In this document: positions 1 to 12,849 of the stretch, in pieces | How positions within the stretch are numbered: the stretch's first letter is position 1 | Layout: each line of letters starts with the position of its first letter | Assembly: GCF_036365525.1 (NCBI RefSeq) | Contig: NW_027140807.1 | Location: 1,674,001 to 1,738,000, forward strand | Length of the DNA: 64,000 nucleotides | Direction: 5' to 3' | From: Heterodontus francisci | Lineage: Eukaryota | Notes under the pieces: generated by a model | Databases searched by the model: none | The model's input: only the letters and a program-made list of their open reading frames with translations | Told to the model about the DNA's origin: nothing | Position numbers and translations under genes: made by a program

Positions 1-2690
1 TAAGGGGACTGGGAAGTAATGATTGAGGGCAGTGGGAAGAAGTGATTAGGGGAGTGGCATGTAGTGAGTGAAGGGAGTGGGAAGTAGTGAGTGAGGGAAG
101 TGGCGTGTAGTGAGTGAGGGGAGTGGGATGTAGAGACTGAGAGGAGTGCGATGTAGAGACTGAGGGGAGTGGCATGTAGTGGCTGAGGGGAGTGGGATGT
201 AGTGACTGAGGGGAGTTGGATGCCGTGACTGAGGGGAGTTGGATGCCGTGACTGAGGGGAGTTGGATGCCGTGACTGAGGGGAGTGGGATGTAGAGACTG
301 AGGGGAGTGGGATGCAGTGACTGAGGGGAGTGGGATGTAATGACTGAGGGGAGTGTGATGTTGAGACTGAGGGGAGTGGGATGTAGAAACTGAGGGGAGT
401 GCGGTGTAGAGACTGAGGGGAGTGGGATGTAGTGGCTGAGGGGAGTGGGATGTAGAAACTGAGGGGAGTGCGGTGTAGAGACTGAGGGGAGTGGGATGTA
501 GTGGCTGAGGGGAGTGGGATGTAGTGACTGAGGGGAGTTGGATGTAATGACTGAGGGGAGTGTGATGTTGAGACTGAGGGGAGTGGGATGTAGAAACTGA
601 GGGGAGTGCGGTGTAGAGACTGAGGGGAGTGGGATGTAGTGGCTGAGGGGAGTGGGATGTAGAGACTGAGAGGAGTGGGATGTAGTGAATGAGGGGAGTT
701 GGATGCCGTGAATGAGGGGAATGGGATGTAGAGACTGAGGGGAGTGCGATGTAGAGACTGAGGGGAGTTGGATGCCGTGACCGAGGGGAGTGAGATGTAG
801 AGACTGAGAGGAGTGGGATGAGGTGACTGAGGGGAGTGGGAAACAGCGACTGAGGGTAGTATGAGACAGTGACTGAGGGGTGTGATACAGTCACTCAGGG
901 AGTGTGATACAGTGACTGAGGGGAGTGTGATACATTGTCTGAGGGTAGTATGATGCAGTCACTGAGGGGTGTGTGATACAGTCACTCAGGGAGTGTGATA
1001 CAGTGACTGAGGGGAGTGTGATACAGTGACTGAGGGGTGTGATACAGTCACTCAGGGAGTGTGATACAGTGACTGAGGGGAGTGGGAAACAGCGACTGAG
1101 GGTAGTATGAGACAGTGACTGAGGGGTGTGTGATACATTCACTCAGGGAGTGTGATACAGTGACTGAGGGGAGTGTGATACAGTGTCTGAGGGTAGTATG
1201 ATGCAGTCACTGAGGGGTGTGTGATACATTCACTCAGGGAGTGTGATACAGTTACTGAGGGGAGTGTGATACAGTGTCTGAGGGTAGTATGATGCAGTCA
1301 CTGAGGGGTGTGTGATACAGTCACTCAGGGAGTGTGATACAGTGACTGAGGGGAGTGTGATACAGTGACTGAGGGGAGTGTGATACAGTGTCTGAGGGTA
1401 GTATGGTGCAGTCACTGAGGGGAGTGTGATACAGTGTCTGAGGGGGATGTGATACAGTGACAGAGGGGAGTGTGATACAGTGACTCAGGGAGTGTGATAC
1501 AGTGACTGAGGGGAGTGTGATACAGTTACGGAGGGGAGTGTGATACACTGACTGAGGGGAGTGGGATACAGTGACTGAGGGGAGTGTGATACAGTTACGG
1601 AGGGGAGTGTGATACACTGACTGAGGTGAGTGGGACACAATGACTGAAGGGAGTGTGATACAGTGACTGAGGGTAGTATGATACAGTCACTGAGGGGATG
1701 TGATGCAGCGACTGAGGGTAGTGTGATACAGAGTCTGAGGGGGATGTGATACAGTGACTGAGCGTAGTGTGATACAGAGTCTGAGGGGGATGTGATACAG
1801 TGACTGAGCGTAGTGTGATACAGAGTCTGAGGGGGATGTGATACAGTGACTGAGGGTAGTGTGATACAATGACAGAGGAAGTGTGATACTGTGACAGAGG
1901 GGAGTGTGATGCAGTGTGTAAGGGGAGTGTGATGCAGTGACTGAGGGGAGCATGATACAGTGACTGAGGGGAGTGTGATGCAGTCACTCAGGGAGTGTGA
2001 TACAGTGACTCAGGGAGTGTGATACAGTGTCTGAGGGGTGTGTGATACAGTGACTGAGGGGTGTGTGATACAGTCACTCAGGGAGTGTGATACAGTGACT
2101 GAGGGGAGTGTGATACAGTTACGGAGGGAGTGTGATACACTGACTGAGGGGAGTGGGATACAGTGACTGAGGGGTGTGGGATGCAGTGACTGAGGGGAGT
2201 AGGATACAGTCACTGAGGGGAGTGGGATGCAGCGACTGAGGGTAGTGTGATATAGTGACTGAGGGGAGTGCGATACAGTGACTGAAGGGAGAGTGATACA
2301 CTGTCTGAGGGGAGTGTGAGACACTGTCTGAGGGGAGTGGGATACGGTGAACTGAAGGGTGTGTGATACAGTGACTGGGGGAGTGTGATACAGTGACTGA
2401 GTAGAGTGTGATACACTGTCTGAGGGGAGTGGAATGCAGTGACTGAAGGGAATATAATGCAGTGACTGAGGGGATTGTGATACAGTGAGCTGAAGGGAGT
2501 GCGATGCAGCGACTGAGGAGAGTGTGATACAGCGACTGAGGAGAGTGTGATACAGCGACTGACGGGAGTGGGATACAGCGACTGAGGGGAGTGTGATACA
2601 GTGACTGAGGGGAATGTGATAAAGTGACTGAGGTGAGTGTAATGCAGTGACTGAGGGGACTGTGATAGAGACTGAGGGCAGCATGATGCT
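1..2690 (+). repeat. 23-bp G-rich minisatellite (GTGACTGAGGGGAGTG[T/G]GAT[A/G]CA)
   Basis: Direct inspection; source of the SHSPQSL/HTPLSHC pseudo-ORFs. Confidence 0.95.
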
Positions 2691-2771
2691 CAAACTCAGG
2701 AATCCGAGGAACAATTGACTAGAGAATCTACTGAGGTTTCATCCACTATCCACCGGGCTCTGGAAGCTAAG
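2691..2771 (+). pseudogene. 5'-truncated mucin-like exon of the upstream paralog
   Basis: CAAACTCAGGAATCCGAGGAACAA...GGAAGCTAAG|gtatct matches the 96-nt exon family. The acceptor and first ~14 nt are deleted (fused directly to minisatellite), and there is a further 1-nt deletion. Confidence 0.75.
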
Positions 2772-2819
2772 GTATCTGCTTTGTGGGGTTATCATCGCAG
2801 AATCATGGAATCAAAGACT

Positions 2820-4010
2820 GGTTACGGCACAGAAAGTTTCTGTTCAGCCCATCTTCACCGTGCCAGCTCTCTGGCAGTGCAACTCACCTACTCCCACTCC
2901 TGCCATTTTCCTGTCGCCCTGCAGATTTTTTCTGCCATGACAATTTTCCAATTCCCTTTTGAAAGCCTCAATTAAACCTGCCTCCAGCACACTCTCATGC
3001 AGTGCATTTCAGATCCTAACCACTCGCTGTGTGAAAAGGTTTCCCTGCCTCTGTTGTGACTTTTACCACTCACCTAAATGCGTTGCTCTCTAGTTCTGGA
3101 TCCTCCCACCAAGAGGAACAGTTTTTCCCTGACTACTCTGTCCAGTTCCCTCTTGATTATGAACATCTTGCTCAAATCTCGTCTTAATCGTCTCTTCTCC
3201 ACGGAGAACAGCCCCAGCTTCTCCGATCTATTCATGTCACTGACGTCCCTCATCCCGGGAACCATTCTGGTAAATCTTCTCTGCACCCTCTCGAATACCT
3301 TAACATCCTTCCTAAGTATTGACCGCTCTCTCGACCTGTCTTGCCACCTTCAATGATTTGTGCACATGTCCCCCCAGGTCCCTCTGCCCCTGCACCTCCT
3401 TTAGAATTGTAGCCTTTATTTTATATTGCCTCTCGTTCGTCCGACCAAAATGAATCACTTCACAATTCTCTGTGATAAATTTCATTTGCAAGTGTCTGCC
3501 CATCCCACCAGCCTGTCTATGACCTCCTGACGTCTATCACTGTCCTCCTCACAGTTCACAATACAACCAGGTTTTGTGTCATCTGCAGAATTTGAAAGTG
3601 TGCCCTGTACGCCCCAGTCTATGTCATTAATATATACATCAGGAAAAACAGTGGTCTGAGCAATATTAGAGAGCAAAGCACAGATGCACAGAGAATTAGG
3701 AGGGACAGATAACACTGGAGTCGATAAGAGTATCGTATTAGACGGGGGCAGTGGAAGAGGAAAGGAGATAAGCTGTAAATTCAGTTTAATGTGTGTGTAT
3801 ATGGATGCACGGAGAGTGGTAAATAAGGTTGTTGAGCTTCAGGCGCAGATAGCCACGTGGAAATATGATGTTGTGGCAATAACAGGGTCCTGGCTCTAAG
3901 TGGGGCAGGACTGGGTAGTGAATATTCCTGACTACAAGGTGTTCAGGAAAGAGAGGGGAGGAAGGAAAGGAGGAGGGGTATCAGTATTGATTAAGGGGAA
4001 CATTGCAGTG
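2820..4010. mobile_element. Antisense CR1 3' fragment (~2820-3650) followed by a sense CR1 endonuclease fragment (~3780-4010); the pair recurs after most mucin exons
   Basis: QRRFTRMVPG/LGLFSVEKRRL on the - strand and KYDVVAIT/YKVFRKER on the + strand. Homologous copies at ~42590-44070, 45310-47045, 52490-54200 and 55580-56730. Confidence 0.85.
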
Positions 4011-4395
4011 CTGTTTTCTTTTCTCTCTCTTGTTCTCACTCATTCCAGATCTCCCTTACTCTTTTCTGTCTCACTCCTGTCGCCTTCCCTCCTTTTCTCT
4101 CATTCCTGCTCTCTGTTGTTCTCTGACTCCACTTTCCCCCTGTCGTTTCGCTGATCACTTTGATAATCTCCTGAATTTTCTCTGTTAGTTTTTTTTCCTT
4201 GTCGGAGTCGTAACTGATTCTGCAGCCGATGATGTCTGGTGTCTCCCCTCGGTAAAGGCTGGTATACATTGATTCAGTGTGTCGAGGGAGTTAGATTACA
4301 TACGAGAGGAGGTTCTGTGTTAAAACACTTCTGTCCACTCATCCAGCGTTCTGAATCCCAGTGAAATTCCTCTTGTCTTTATTTGATCCTCTCAG

Positions 4396-6225
4396 ACTCG
4401 GGGATTCCGTCTACTCCCGAGGAACCTCCCGACTCCCAGCCTGTTTCTGATGATGGTGGGAACATTTCAGATTCTCCACATTTCAGGAATATTAAATCCC
4501 TCCTCCTGTCTCAGTCTGGCACAAATATATCAGGACCGAGGGCCTCCAAACAGCTGTGTGATCGTTCTGTGTAGGGAAACCCATCGTTCTCACTCTCTCT
4601 CTCTGCCTTGTCTGTGCTGTCAGACAAGAGTTGCAGTCGCTTGTGTTCAGTCTGAGTGGAATCATTGGGAAACACAGAAACGTAAACGTTCAGAAATTCC
4701 TTCAGAAATATCTTTGAGCTTCTTTCTCACATCCCTCTCTCTCTTACTCTCAGTTTTATCTCTGTCTCTCCTTTATCTGCCTTTCACACGCATATATAAA
4801 TATATTTCATTTCTGTAACCGCCTCTCTCCGATGCGGGTCTCAGTTTCTCCAGCTCCCTCTTTCGCCTCACTCTGTCTCCCACTCTCTCTGATGTTCTGT
4901 CTCCCTGTCTGTCTCTCTGACTCTCACTTTCTCTCTCTGTCTCTCTCACAGATGCTCTTTGTCTGTCTCTCTGTCTTTGTCTTTGTCAGAGGGACAGAGA
5001 GCATCAGAGAGAGAGAGAGAGAGTGAGAGTGAGAGACAGAGACAGAGAAAAGGGCAGTGAGACCGGAGTAAACACGGAATGCAAATGATCTCGGGAGATG
5101 GAACAAGAGGCAACGGAGAAGAGAGTGCAGGATAGAGGATGATAACACAGGGAGGGCAGATTAGAGACAAGACGAGTTGAGATAGAGAGAATAACAGAGA
5201 CAGATGAACAAACGAGTGGATGACAAACTGGAGGAAAGAGAGTTTAAATTAGAGAGGCGAGATCATTCGAAATACGTCCCGTGCCCTGTGCTAAACTCTG
5301 GGTGTGTTCAACCTGTTGATGTTGTGACTGTTGTGTTTAGATACCAAATACAAGAGGATTAATGTGAAGATCACTTCAATGACTGATCTGGATGATGAAA
5401 CTGCAAAGAGAATCGTTGTGGAGAGGGTAAGAGACTGCACTGTACTGAGGAGAAACACGGGAGACAACAGATCCTCCCTCTCACTGTCTGTATTCACTGA
5501 ATGGGAACTCCAGGTCATTATTTAAACAGCTCTAATTCCCCTCTGCTTATCAACTGGTCCCCCAGATCAGGCTTGTGAGGGGTTGAATGGGCTTCCTCCT
5601 GAGCCTGTGTGAAAGGCTCGAGAGCGGGTGAGGGGGCTGAATGGCCTTCTCCTGTTCCTGTGTAAGAACTCGAACGAGGGGCTGAATGGCCTCCTCCTGT
5701 TCCTGTGTAACAGACTCGAGGGGATGAATGGCCTCCTCGTTGTACGGTAACCTCTCTCTGATCTTCCCTCTCACTCTCCCCATTCTCTCTTTATGTCCTT
5801 TCTATCTCTGTCTCTTTCTCTGCCTCGCTCACCCACTCTGTATTTCTCTTTCTTTGTCTTTCTTTCTGTCTGTGTCTGTCTCTCCCTCACTGCATCTCTG
5901 ACGACCTCTCGCTCTCACGCCCTCTGTTTCTCTGCCTCTGTCACAATCCCTGTAGCTCTCCCACCCTCCCTCTGCATCTCTCCCTCTATCTGAGTATCTT
6001 TGCCTCACCCTGTCTCTCACTGTCTTGTCCCCACCCTCTCTCCCGATCTCTGTCTGTATGCTCTCTGTCTATTTCTATTCACTCCTCCCCTTGCAGTAAT
6101 ACTCATCGTTTCTCCTCTCTGCGATGCAGATGAAGCACATGTTCCAGGATCAGTGTCCACACACGAAGCTCGAATTGGATCCAGAAGACGTTCAGTGCTC
6201 GGCTAGTGAGCCTGTGGAAGTGTGA
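4396..6225 (+). CDS. 3' end of an upstream tandem paralog: exons 4396-4455, 5341-5426, 6130-6225
   Basis: Spliced translation: DSGIPSTPEEPPDSQPVSDD|DTKYKRINVKITSMTDLDDETAKRIVVER|MKHMFQDQCPHTKLELDPEDVQCSASEPVEV*. Phases 1-1-0, all GT-AG. The 5' exons lie outside the window. Confidence 0.75.
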
Positions 6226-6859
6226 AGGTGTTTGGACATGTCAACAAGCACCCGACACGTGTGATCCAGTCTCTGTGTGTTTTACATCCTCACTCAATCA
6301 CTGTACCATCTTATCTTCACCTTGTTTAACTCAAGGAAATTGTCAGCAAAGGGTTAATCTCCAACTAGAAGTATGCTAATGTTATACTGTAATTGGTGTG
6401 TCTTTATACTGCAGGGGTGTGGGAGCTTTAAGCTATTGCTTTGTTAAATAGAGAAGTACGATCCCATTTGTATACAGTGACCACTGGTCAGCTGAACCCA
6501 GACTAACCTGACAGCTCTGGCCACTTTCAGGATGAAGTGATCTCAGGTTTAATGAGGGAGTTTCTTTAAAGATCTACCATTGAGTAGAGGTCCCTAAGCT
6601 TCATGGAGCTGTCAGCACTGAGAACAGAGGCAAGGAAAACAGTTCGTCCTTGTCCATGGAGAACCTCAGGGTAGATAACATCTTTTAAATTGAGGGTTCA
6701 TGCAGAATGGGGGATTGGTTGATGCTGAACTTTGCAGAATCAAAATATATTGAAAAGGAAAGCTTTCATTGAGTACAAAGCATTTATGTGTGGCATATGT
6801 CAAATGTTTAATAACAAAGGAAGGGAGTTATACTGAGCTCAGGAACCTAATGCTGACAA

Positions 6860-7400
6860 CACTCCATCTCAATAACACCTCTGTGAATGCTTCCATTGTC
6901 TCTGCTCTGCCACACTGCTTGTCTAACATCCAATACTGGATGAGCAGTTATTTTCTCCTACTAAATATTGGGAAGACTGAAGCCATTGTCTGTGGTCCCC
7001 GACACAAATGTCATTCTTGGACCACCGACACCATCTCTGGTACCTGTCTGAAACTGATCAAGACAGTTTTCAGCCTTTGTTGTTGTGTTTGACCCCGAGA
7101 TGAGTTTTCGACCACATATCCACACCATCACCAAGACTGTCCATTTCCACCTCCACACCATCTCTCGACTCCGCCCCTGCTTCAGCTCATCTGCTGCTGG
7201 AACCCTCATCAGTGCCTCTGTTACCTCCAGACTGGACGATACCAATACTCTCCTGGCCAACCGCACATCCTTCACACTTCCTGATCAGATCCTCATACAA
7301 ACATTTGCTGCCTGTGTCTTAACTCACTCCGAACCCTGTTCACCCATAATCCCTGGAACTATTGCCATTCACTGACTCCCTGCTCCTCTCCAATTTCCCA
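6860..7400 (+). mobile_element. L2-clade LINE RT fragment (paralog at ~59610-60120; further L2 pieces at ~10930-11395 and ~26500-27930)
   Basis: CLSNIQYWM..LNIGKTE, FDPEMSF..HI and SVTSRLD motifs. Confidence 0.75.
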
Positions 7401-7934
7401 ATATTAACATCCTGATCAGTCTGTTGAACTGTTGTGAAATGACTCATTGGTCACAACTCTCTGGTGCAACAATGTAAAACGTCTGCAATAAGTGAACATG
7501 GCTGTGTATCTTCCATTGATGGACATTCAAACAAGGAGAGCTGCAGCATGGAAAGGCCTTTTAACGTGTTTGACTCCCTGACCACCCAGTGTGATTGTAA
7601 ATCTGATTGTAAACTGTGTGTTTAAAGTTTTATTGCATTCTCTGTCTGCTCAATATATCTATGAACGCTAAACCTGACCGTCTCAAGAAGCTGATTGATT
7701 TTGCTGGAATGACTTTCCCATCTGATCATGGAAATCCAGTGTTTTTTTGTTCAGGGAGGGAACACTCACTGTTAAATGATTGCTGAGGGCTGAGATCAGA
7801 AGGGATGTGACTGTACATAGTGGGACTGACCAGCATTCCCCAAACCTTGTGCTACTCCATTCTATTCTGGTCTGTGCTTCCACCCTGGATAATCCAGCTC
7901 ATTCAAGGCCTGACAGAGGAAAATGAGAAATCCT

Positions 7935-9550
7935 GGCATTTCAAAAGGCATTTGATACAGTTCCACACATCAGACTTGTGAGCAAACATGTAGCTCTTGG
8001 AATACATGGGACGGTAGCAACATGGATTACGAAATTGGCTGAGTGACAGGAAACAGAGAATAGTGGTTAATGGATGTTTTTCGGACTGGAGAAAGGTTTG
8101 TAGTGGAGTTCCCCAGGGATCAGTGTTGGGACCCTTGCTTTTCCTGATATATATTAATGTCCTCGACCTCGGAGTACAGGGCACAATTTCAAAATTTGCA
8201 GATGATACGAAACTTGGAAGCATTGTGAACTGTGAGGAGGATAGTGTAGAACTTCAAAAGGACAGAGACAAGTTGGTGGAATGGGCAGACAAGTGACAGA
8301 TGAGGTTCAATGTGGAGAAATGTGAAGTGATTAATTTTGTTAGGAAGAACATGGAGAGAAAATATAGAATCGAGGTTACAATTCTAAAGGGGGTGAAGGA
8401 GCAGAGAGACCTGTGTGTTTCTGTGCATAAGTCATTGAAGATGGCAGGACAGGTTGAGAGAGTGGTTGATAAAGCATACAGTATACTGGGCTATATTAAT
8501 AGGGGCATAGATTACAAGAGCAAGGAAGTTATGTTGAACTCGTATAAGACACTAGTTTGTCCTCAGCTGGAGTATTGCCTCCAATTCTGGGTGTTGCACT
8601 TGAGAAAAGATGTGAGGGCATTTGAGAGAGTACAGACGAGATTCACAAGAATGGTTCCAGGGTTGAGGAATTTCAGTTATGAAGATAGATTGGAGAAGTT
8701 CGGACTGTTTTCCTTGGAGAAGAGAAGGCTGGGAGGTGATTTGAGAGAGATATTCAAAATCATGAGGGGCCTGGACAGAGTAGACACTGTTCCCACTCGT
8801 GAAATTATCGAGAACGAGAGGGCACAGATTTAAAGTATTTGGTAAGAGAAGCAAAAGTGACATGGGGAAACAAGTTTTCATGCAGCGAATGGTTAAGGTC
8901 TGGGATGCGCTGCCTGGGAACATGGTGGAGGCAGATTCAACTGAAACATTTAAAATAAAATTAGACAGTTACATGAAATGGAAGAATTTGCAGGGTTACA
9001 GGAAGAGGCCGGGGGAGTGGAACTGAGGGCGTTGCTCTTTCAGAGAGCCGGTGGGGAGACGATGGGCCGAATGGCCTCCTTCGGCATGGTCACAATTCTG
9101 TGATTCTTTGATTATTATGAGGAATGTTTGAAGAGGTTGGGCAGATACTCATTGGAGTTTAGAAAAATGAGCCACGTAAGATTCTGAGGGGGCTTGACTG
9201 GGTAGATGCTGAGTGGATGTTCCTTCTCGTTTGGGAATCTAGAACTAGGTGTAACAATTTCAGAATAAGGGGGTCTCCCCTTTAAGATGGAGATGAGGCG
9301 GATATTTTTCTCTCAGAGAATTGTGAGTCTGTGGAACTCCGTTCCCTGGAGAGCAACGGAGGCTGGGTCATTGAATATATTCAAGCCTGACTTAGACAGA
9401 TTTTGATTCGACAAGGGAGTCGGGGTTATCGAGGGCAGAAAGGAAAGTGGAGTTAAAGCGACAATCAGATCAGCCATGATCTTATAGAATGGCTGAGCAG
9501 GCTCGAGGGGCCGAATGGCCTACTCCTTGCTCCCATTTCGTATAATCTTA
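7935..9550 (+). mobile_element. CR1 LINE 3' fragments (paralogous copy at ~60740-61625)
   Basis: GVPQGSVLGPLLF, KFADDTKLG, PQLEYC and GLFSLEKRRL motifs with stops; CR1-type 3' UTR GATGGGCCGAATGGCCTCCT. Confidence 0.9.
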
Positions 9551-9974
9551 CTGACTGCCCAATTCAATATCGGGGTAGTTAAAGTCTCAAATCATCACAT
9601 AATTTTTTTCACCCCTCAGTTATTTCTTTGCAGCTCTGCTCCTCCATGTCCTTCCTGCTCTATGGCAGCTGATAAAATACCTGCAAAGTAAAAATGTTTG
9701 TCAGAAGATGCTCACAGTCGGAGAACAGTGGACTGTTCATATCAGAGGCACAGATAAGATCTCCCACAGGCCACAGGTACACATTCAGCAACATATGCAA
9801 ACAACAATGAGCAAAGCCAGAGAGCTGGGAGAAGGCTTTTGTAGGCAGTACACACGACACTGTGAGGCCCCTGAGCAGATATCAATGTCCCTGCTGCGGC
9901 CACCAGTGGTTGAACGATTAAGGTCGGGGTTGCTCAAAAGCCCAGTATTAGAGGAGTGCAGAGATTGCGGGAGG

Positions 9975-10930
9975 TTGTCGGGGCTGGAGGACGTTACAGA
10001 GGGAGGGAGGGATTTAGGTGCAGGTGGAGGTTACAGAAATAGGGAGGGCTCGAGGTGCTGGAGGTGGTAAAAGATATGGAGGGCTCTAGGGACTGGAGGA
10101 GGTTTCAGAGATAGGGGGGATGTTGGGGCTGGAGGCGGACACAGAGATAGGGAGGGTTTTCGGGCTGGAGGCTGTTACAGAGTTAGGGAGGGTTGCAATG
10201 GCTGGAGGAGGTTACAGAGATAGGGATGGTTGTTGAGACTGCAGGAAGTTTCAGATATAAGGAGGGTTGTCAGGGCTGGAGGAAGTTAAAGAGATATCGA
10301 GAGTTGGAGGGACTGAAGGGGGTTACATCGATAGGGAGTGTTGTCGGGCTGGAGGCAGTTACAGAGATAGGGAGGGTTGCAATAGCTGGAGTAGGTTATT
10401 GAGACAAGGGAGGGTTGTAGGTGCTGGAGGACGTTACAGAGGAAGCGAGGGCATTAGGGGATGGAGGCAGTTACAGAGATAGGGAGGGTTGTAGGAACTG
10501 GAGGTGGTTACAGCGATAGAGAATTTGCAGAGACTGGTGGAGGTTACAGAGATAGGGAGGTTTGCAGAGACTGGTGGAGGTTACAGAGATAGGGAGGGTT
10601 GTAGAGACTGGAGGAGGTTACAGAGATAGGGAGGGTTGTAGAGACTGGTGGAGGTTACAGAGATAGGGAGGGTTGGAGAGACTGGTGGAGGTTACAGAGA
10701 TAGGGAGGGTTGGAGAGACTGGTGGAGGTTACAGAGATAGGGAGGGTTGTAGAGACTGGTGGAGATTACAGAGATAGGGAGGGTTGTAGAGACTGGAGGA
10801 GGTTACAGAGATAGGGAGGGTTGTAGAGACTGGTGGAGGTTACAGAGATAGGGAGGGTTGCAGAGACTGGTGGAGGTTACAGAGATAGGGAGGGTTGTAG
10901 AGACTGGTGGAGATTACAGAGATAGGAAGG
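9975..10930 (+). repeat. 36-37-bp tandem repeat embedded in an L2 3' region (second array at 22742-23352)
   Basis: Unit GGAGGTTACAGAGATAGGGAGGGTTGTAG(A/G)GACTGG(T); homogeneous over ~10530-10925. Confidence 0.9.
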
Positions 10931-11412
10931 GGAAAGGCCATGGGGGGATTTGAGGACAAGGACGAGAATTTTAAAATGTGGATGTTGCTTGACCGGGAGC
11001 CAATGTCGGGCAGCGAGCACAGGAGTGACAGGGGAACGGGACTTGGAGTAGCTGAAGACACAGGCAGAAGAGTTTTAGATTACCTCAGGTTTACAGAAAG
11101 TGGGAGAGCATCAGGAGTGTCTTGACATTGTGAAGTCTAGAGCTGACAAAGGCGTGAATGAAGGTTTCAGCCGCAGATCAGCTGAAACAGGGGCGAGTTT
11201 GGGTGATGTTACAGAGGTGGAAATGGGCAGCGTTAGTGATGGTGCCTACATGAGGTCAGAAGCCCATTTCGGCATCAAATGTGACACCAGCCTTTCGAAC
11301 AGACTGGCTTAAACTCAGACTGCTGCCAGGGAGAGGGATAGAGTCAGTAGTTAAAGAGTGGAGTTTGGAGCGGAAACTGGAAACAATAGCTTCAGTCATG
11401 AGGGCAGGACTG

Positions 11413-11661
11413 AGGGAGTGCTGCACTGTCAGAGGGTCAGTACTGAGGGCGTTTGCACTGTCAGAGGGTCTGTACTGAGAGAGTGCTGCACTGTCAGAGG
11501 GTCAGTACTGAGTGAGTGCTGCACTGTCAGAGGGTCAGTACTGAGGGAGTGCTGCACTGTCAGAGGGTCAGTACTGAGGGCGTGTTGCACTGTCAGAGGG
11601 TCTGTACTGAGTGAGTGCTGCACTGTCAGAGGGTCAGTACTGAGTGAGTGCTGCACTGTCA
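11413..11661 (+). repeat. 33-bp tandem repeat (~7.5 copies) amplified from the SINE 5' part
   Basis: Unit GAGGGAGTGCTGCACTGTCAGAGGGTCAGTACT; produces the spurious RECCTVRGSVL ORF repeat. Confidence 0.92.
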
Positions 11662-11975
11662 GGATGCCCTCTTTCAGATGTCACATTAAACAGAGACTCC
11701 ATCCTCTTACTCCCGTGGATATAAACAGTCCCATTGGACTATTTTGAAGAACAGCAGGGGAGTTCTCCCTGGTGTCCTGGCCAATAATTATCCCTCCATC
11801 AACGTCATTAAAACAGATTACCTGGTCATTCTCACATTGCTGTTTGTGGGAGCTTGCTGTGCACAAATCAGCTGCCATGATTCTTACATTACAACAGTGA
11901 CTGCACTGCAGCAAAACAAGCATTTCATTGGCTGTGACGCACTTTGGCAGGTGGTCGTGAGGGACGATATAAAAT
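11645..11975 (+). mobile_element. Deu-domain SINE fragment (SacSINE1/AmnSINE-like)
   Basis: GAGTGCTGCACTGTC..TGCC.TCTTTC.GATG...TTAAAC, GGGGAGTTCTCCCTGGTGTCCTGGCCAATA and GCTGTTTGTGGGA.CTTGCTGTGC segments, recognised from memory. Confidence 0.7.
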
Positions 11976-12849
11976 AGCCTGTCAATAACTCCCTCTTTCT
12001 ATTTGATATTGAAAGTCCAAGTGAATCGCTGTTTCACCTGGAAGGAGAGTTTGGGGTCCTGGACGGTTGCTGACATATTGAAGCAATTTATCATGAGAAT
12101 GATCTGTCTGGGACACTCAGTGTCCATTTATGATCTAATATACACAGCCTATTGCTCAATACTGACACATTACTGATATGGGAGGTATTTATCCTGTGAA
12201 TATTTTATGTCAGATACTCAGTGTCCATTAATCTGAGAGGATACAGAGCACATTGCCCCAATTTGACCCAGTACTGATGTCGTGCTTGTCAGATGAGTCT
12301 CACAGACTGAGGACAATGGACTGTTTCGATCAGAGGCACAGAGAGGATCTCCCGAAAAGGCACCGGTACATATTCAGGTACATAGGCAAACAAGAGGGAA
12401 GACAGCCAGAGAGAGAGAGAGAGAGAGGGAGAGAGCTGTGAGAGTCGCTGTGCAACCAGGAAACGTGACATTGTGAAGCCTCTGCCCAGCTATCAATGGA
12501 CCAGAGACTGACTGCTGGTCACACCCTAACATTGGGACAGTGATGGGACTGCGATGGGCTCTGTATTTAAATGTCAAGTCAAACATTGCCAAGGGTGTAT
12601 TTCTCGAAGCATTAGTCTGTATATCTGAGGGAGTTATTGACAGGCTATTGTCAAATACTGACCCATTACTGATATGGCTGGGATTAATATCAGAACCATA
12701 GCAAGGGGCTGATGGATTCAAACATGGAATTCTAGGAAAGCTGGGCACAGCTTGTTCCAGGATTTCGGAAAGGAAAGGGAGGTTGGAGATGGGACAGTAT
12801 TTTGTAAGGACAGAAGAGTCAAGGGTTGCTTCTTTTGAAGGAGTCATTT

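Larger units (their letters stand above)
2691..8820 (+). repeat. Segmental duplication, copy A (copy B ~55447-61625; offset ~52.7 kb)
   Basis: Colinear mucin exon, CR1 pair, linker exon, CT/GA microsatellites, terminal exons, 3' UTR, L2 and CR1 fragments (e.g. 4201 vs 56941, 6130 vs 58883). Confidence 0.95.

Noticed and set aside
1-2690. Minisatellite unit resembles an RSS heptamer (ACAGTGACT[C/G]AG) and has a 23-bp period
   Set aside because: Most units lack the essential CAC and none has a nonamer; the match to spacer length is probably coincidence.
6130-6206. Alternative frame for the last exon (DEAHVPGSVSTHEARIGSRRRSVLG*) suggested by the ORF track
   Set aside because: The preceding exon ends in phase 0 (GAG AGG|gt) in both paralogs, which selects the MKHMFQDQC frame.
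11413-11661. CRISPR-like regular 33-bp repeats (also the 36-37-bp arrays at 9975-10930 and 22742-23352)
   Set aside because: These are head-to-tail repeats with no unique spacers, in vertebrate DNA, derived from SINE/L2 sequence.
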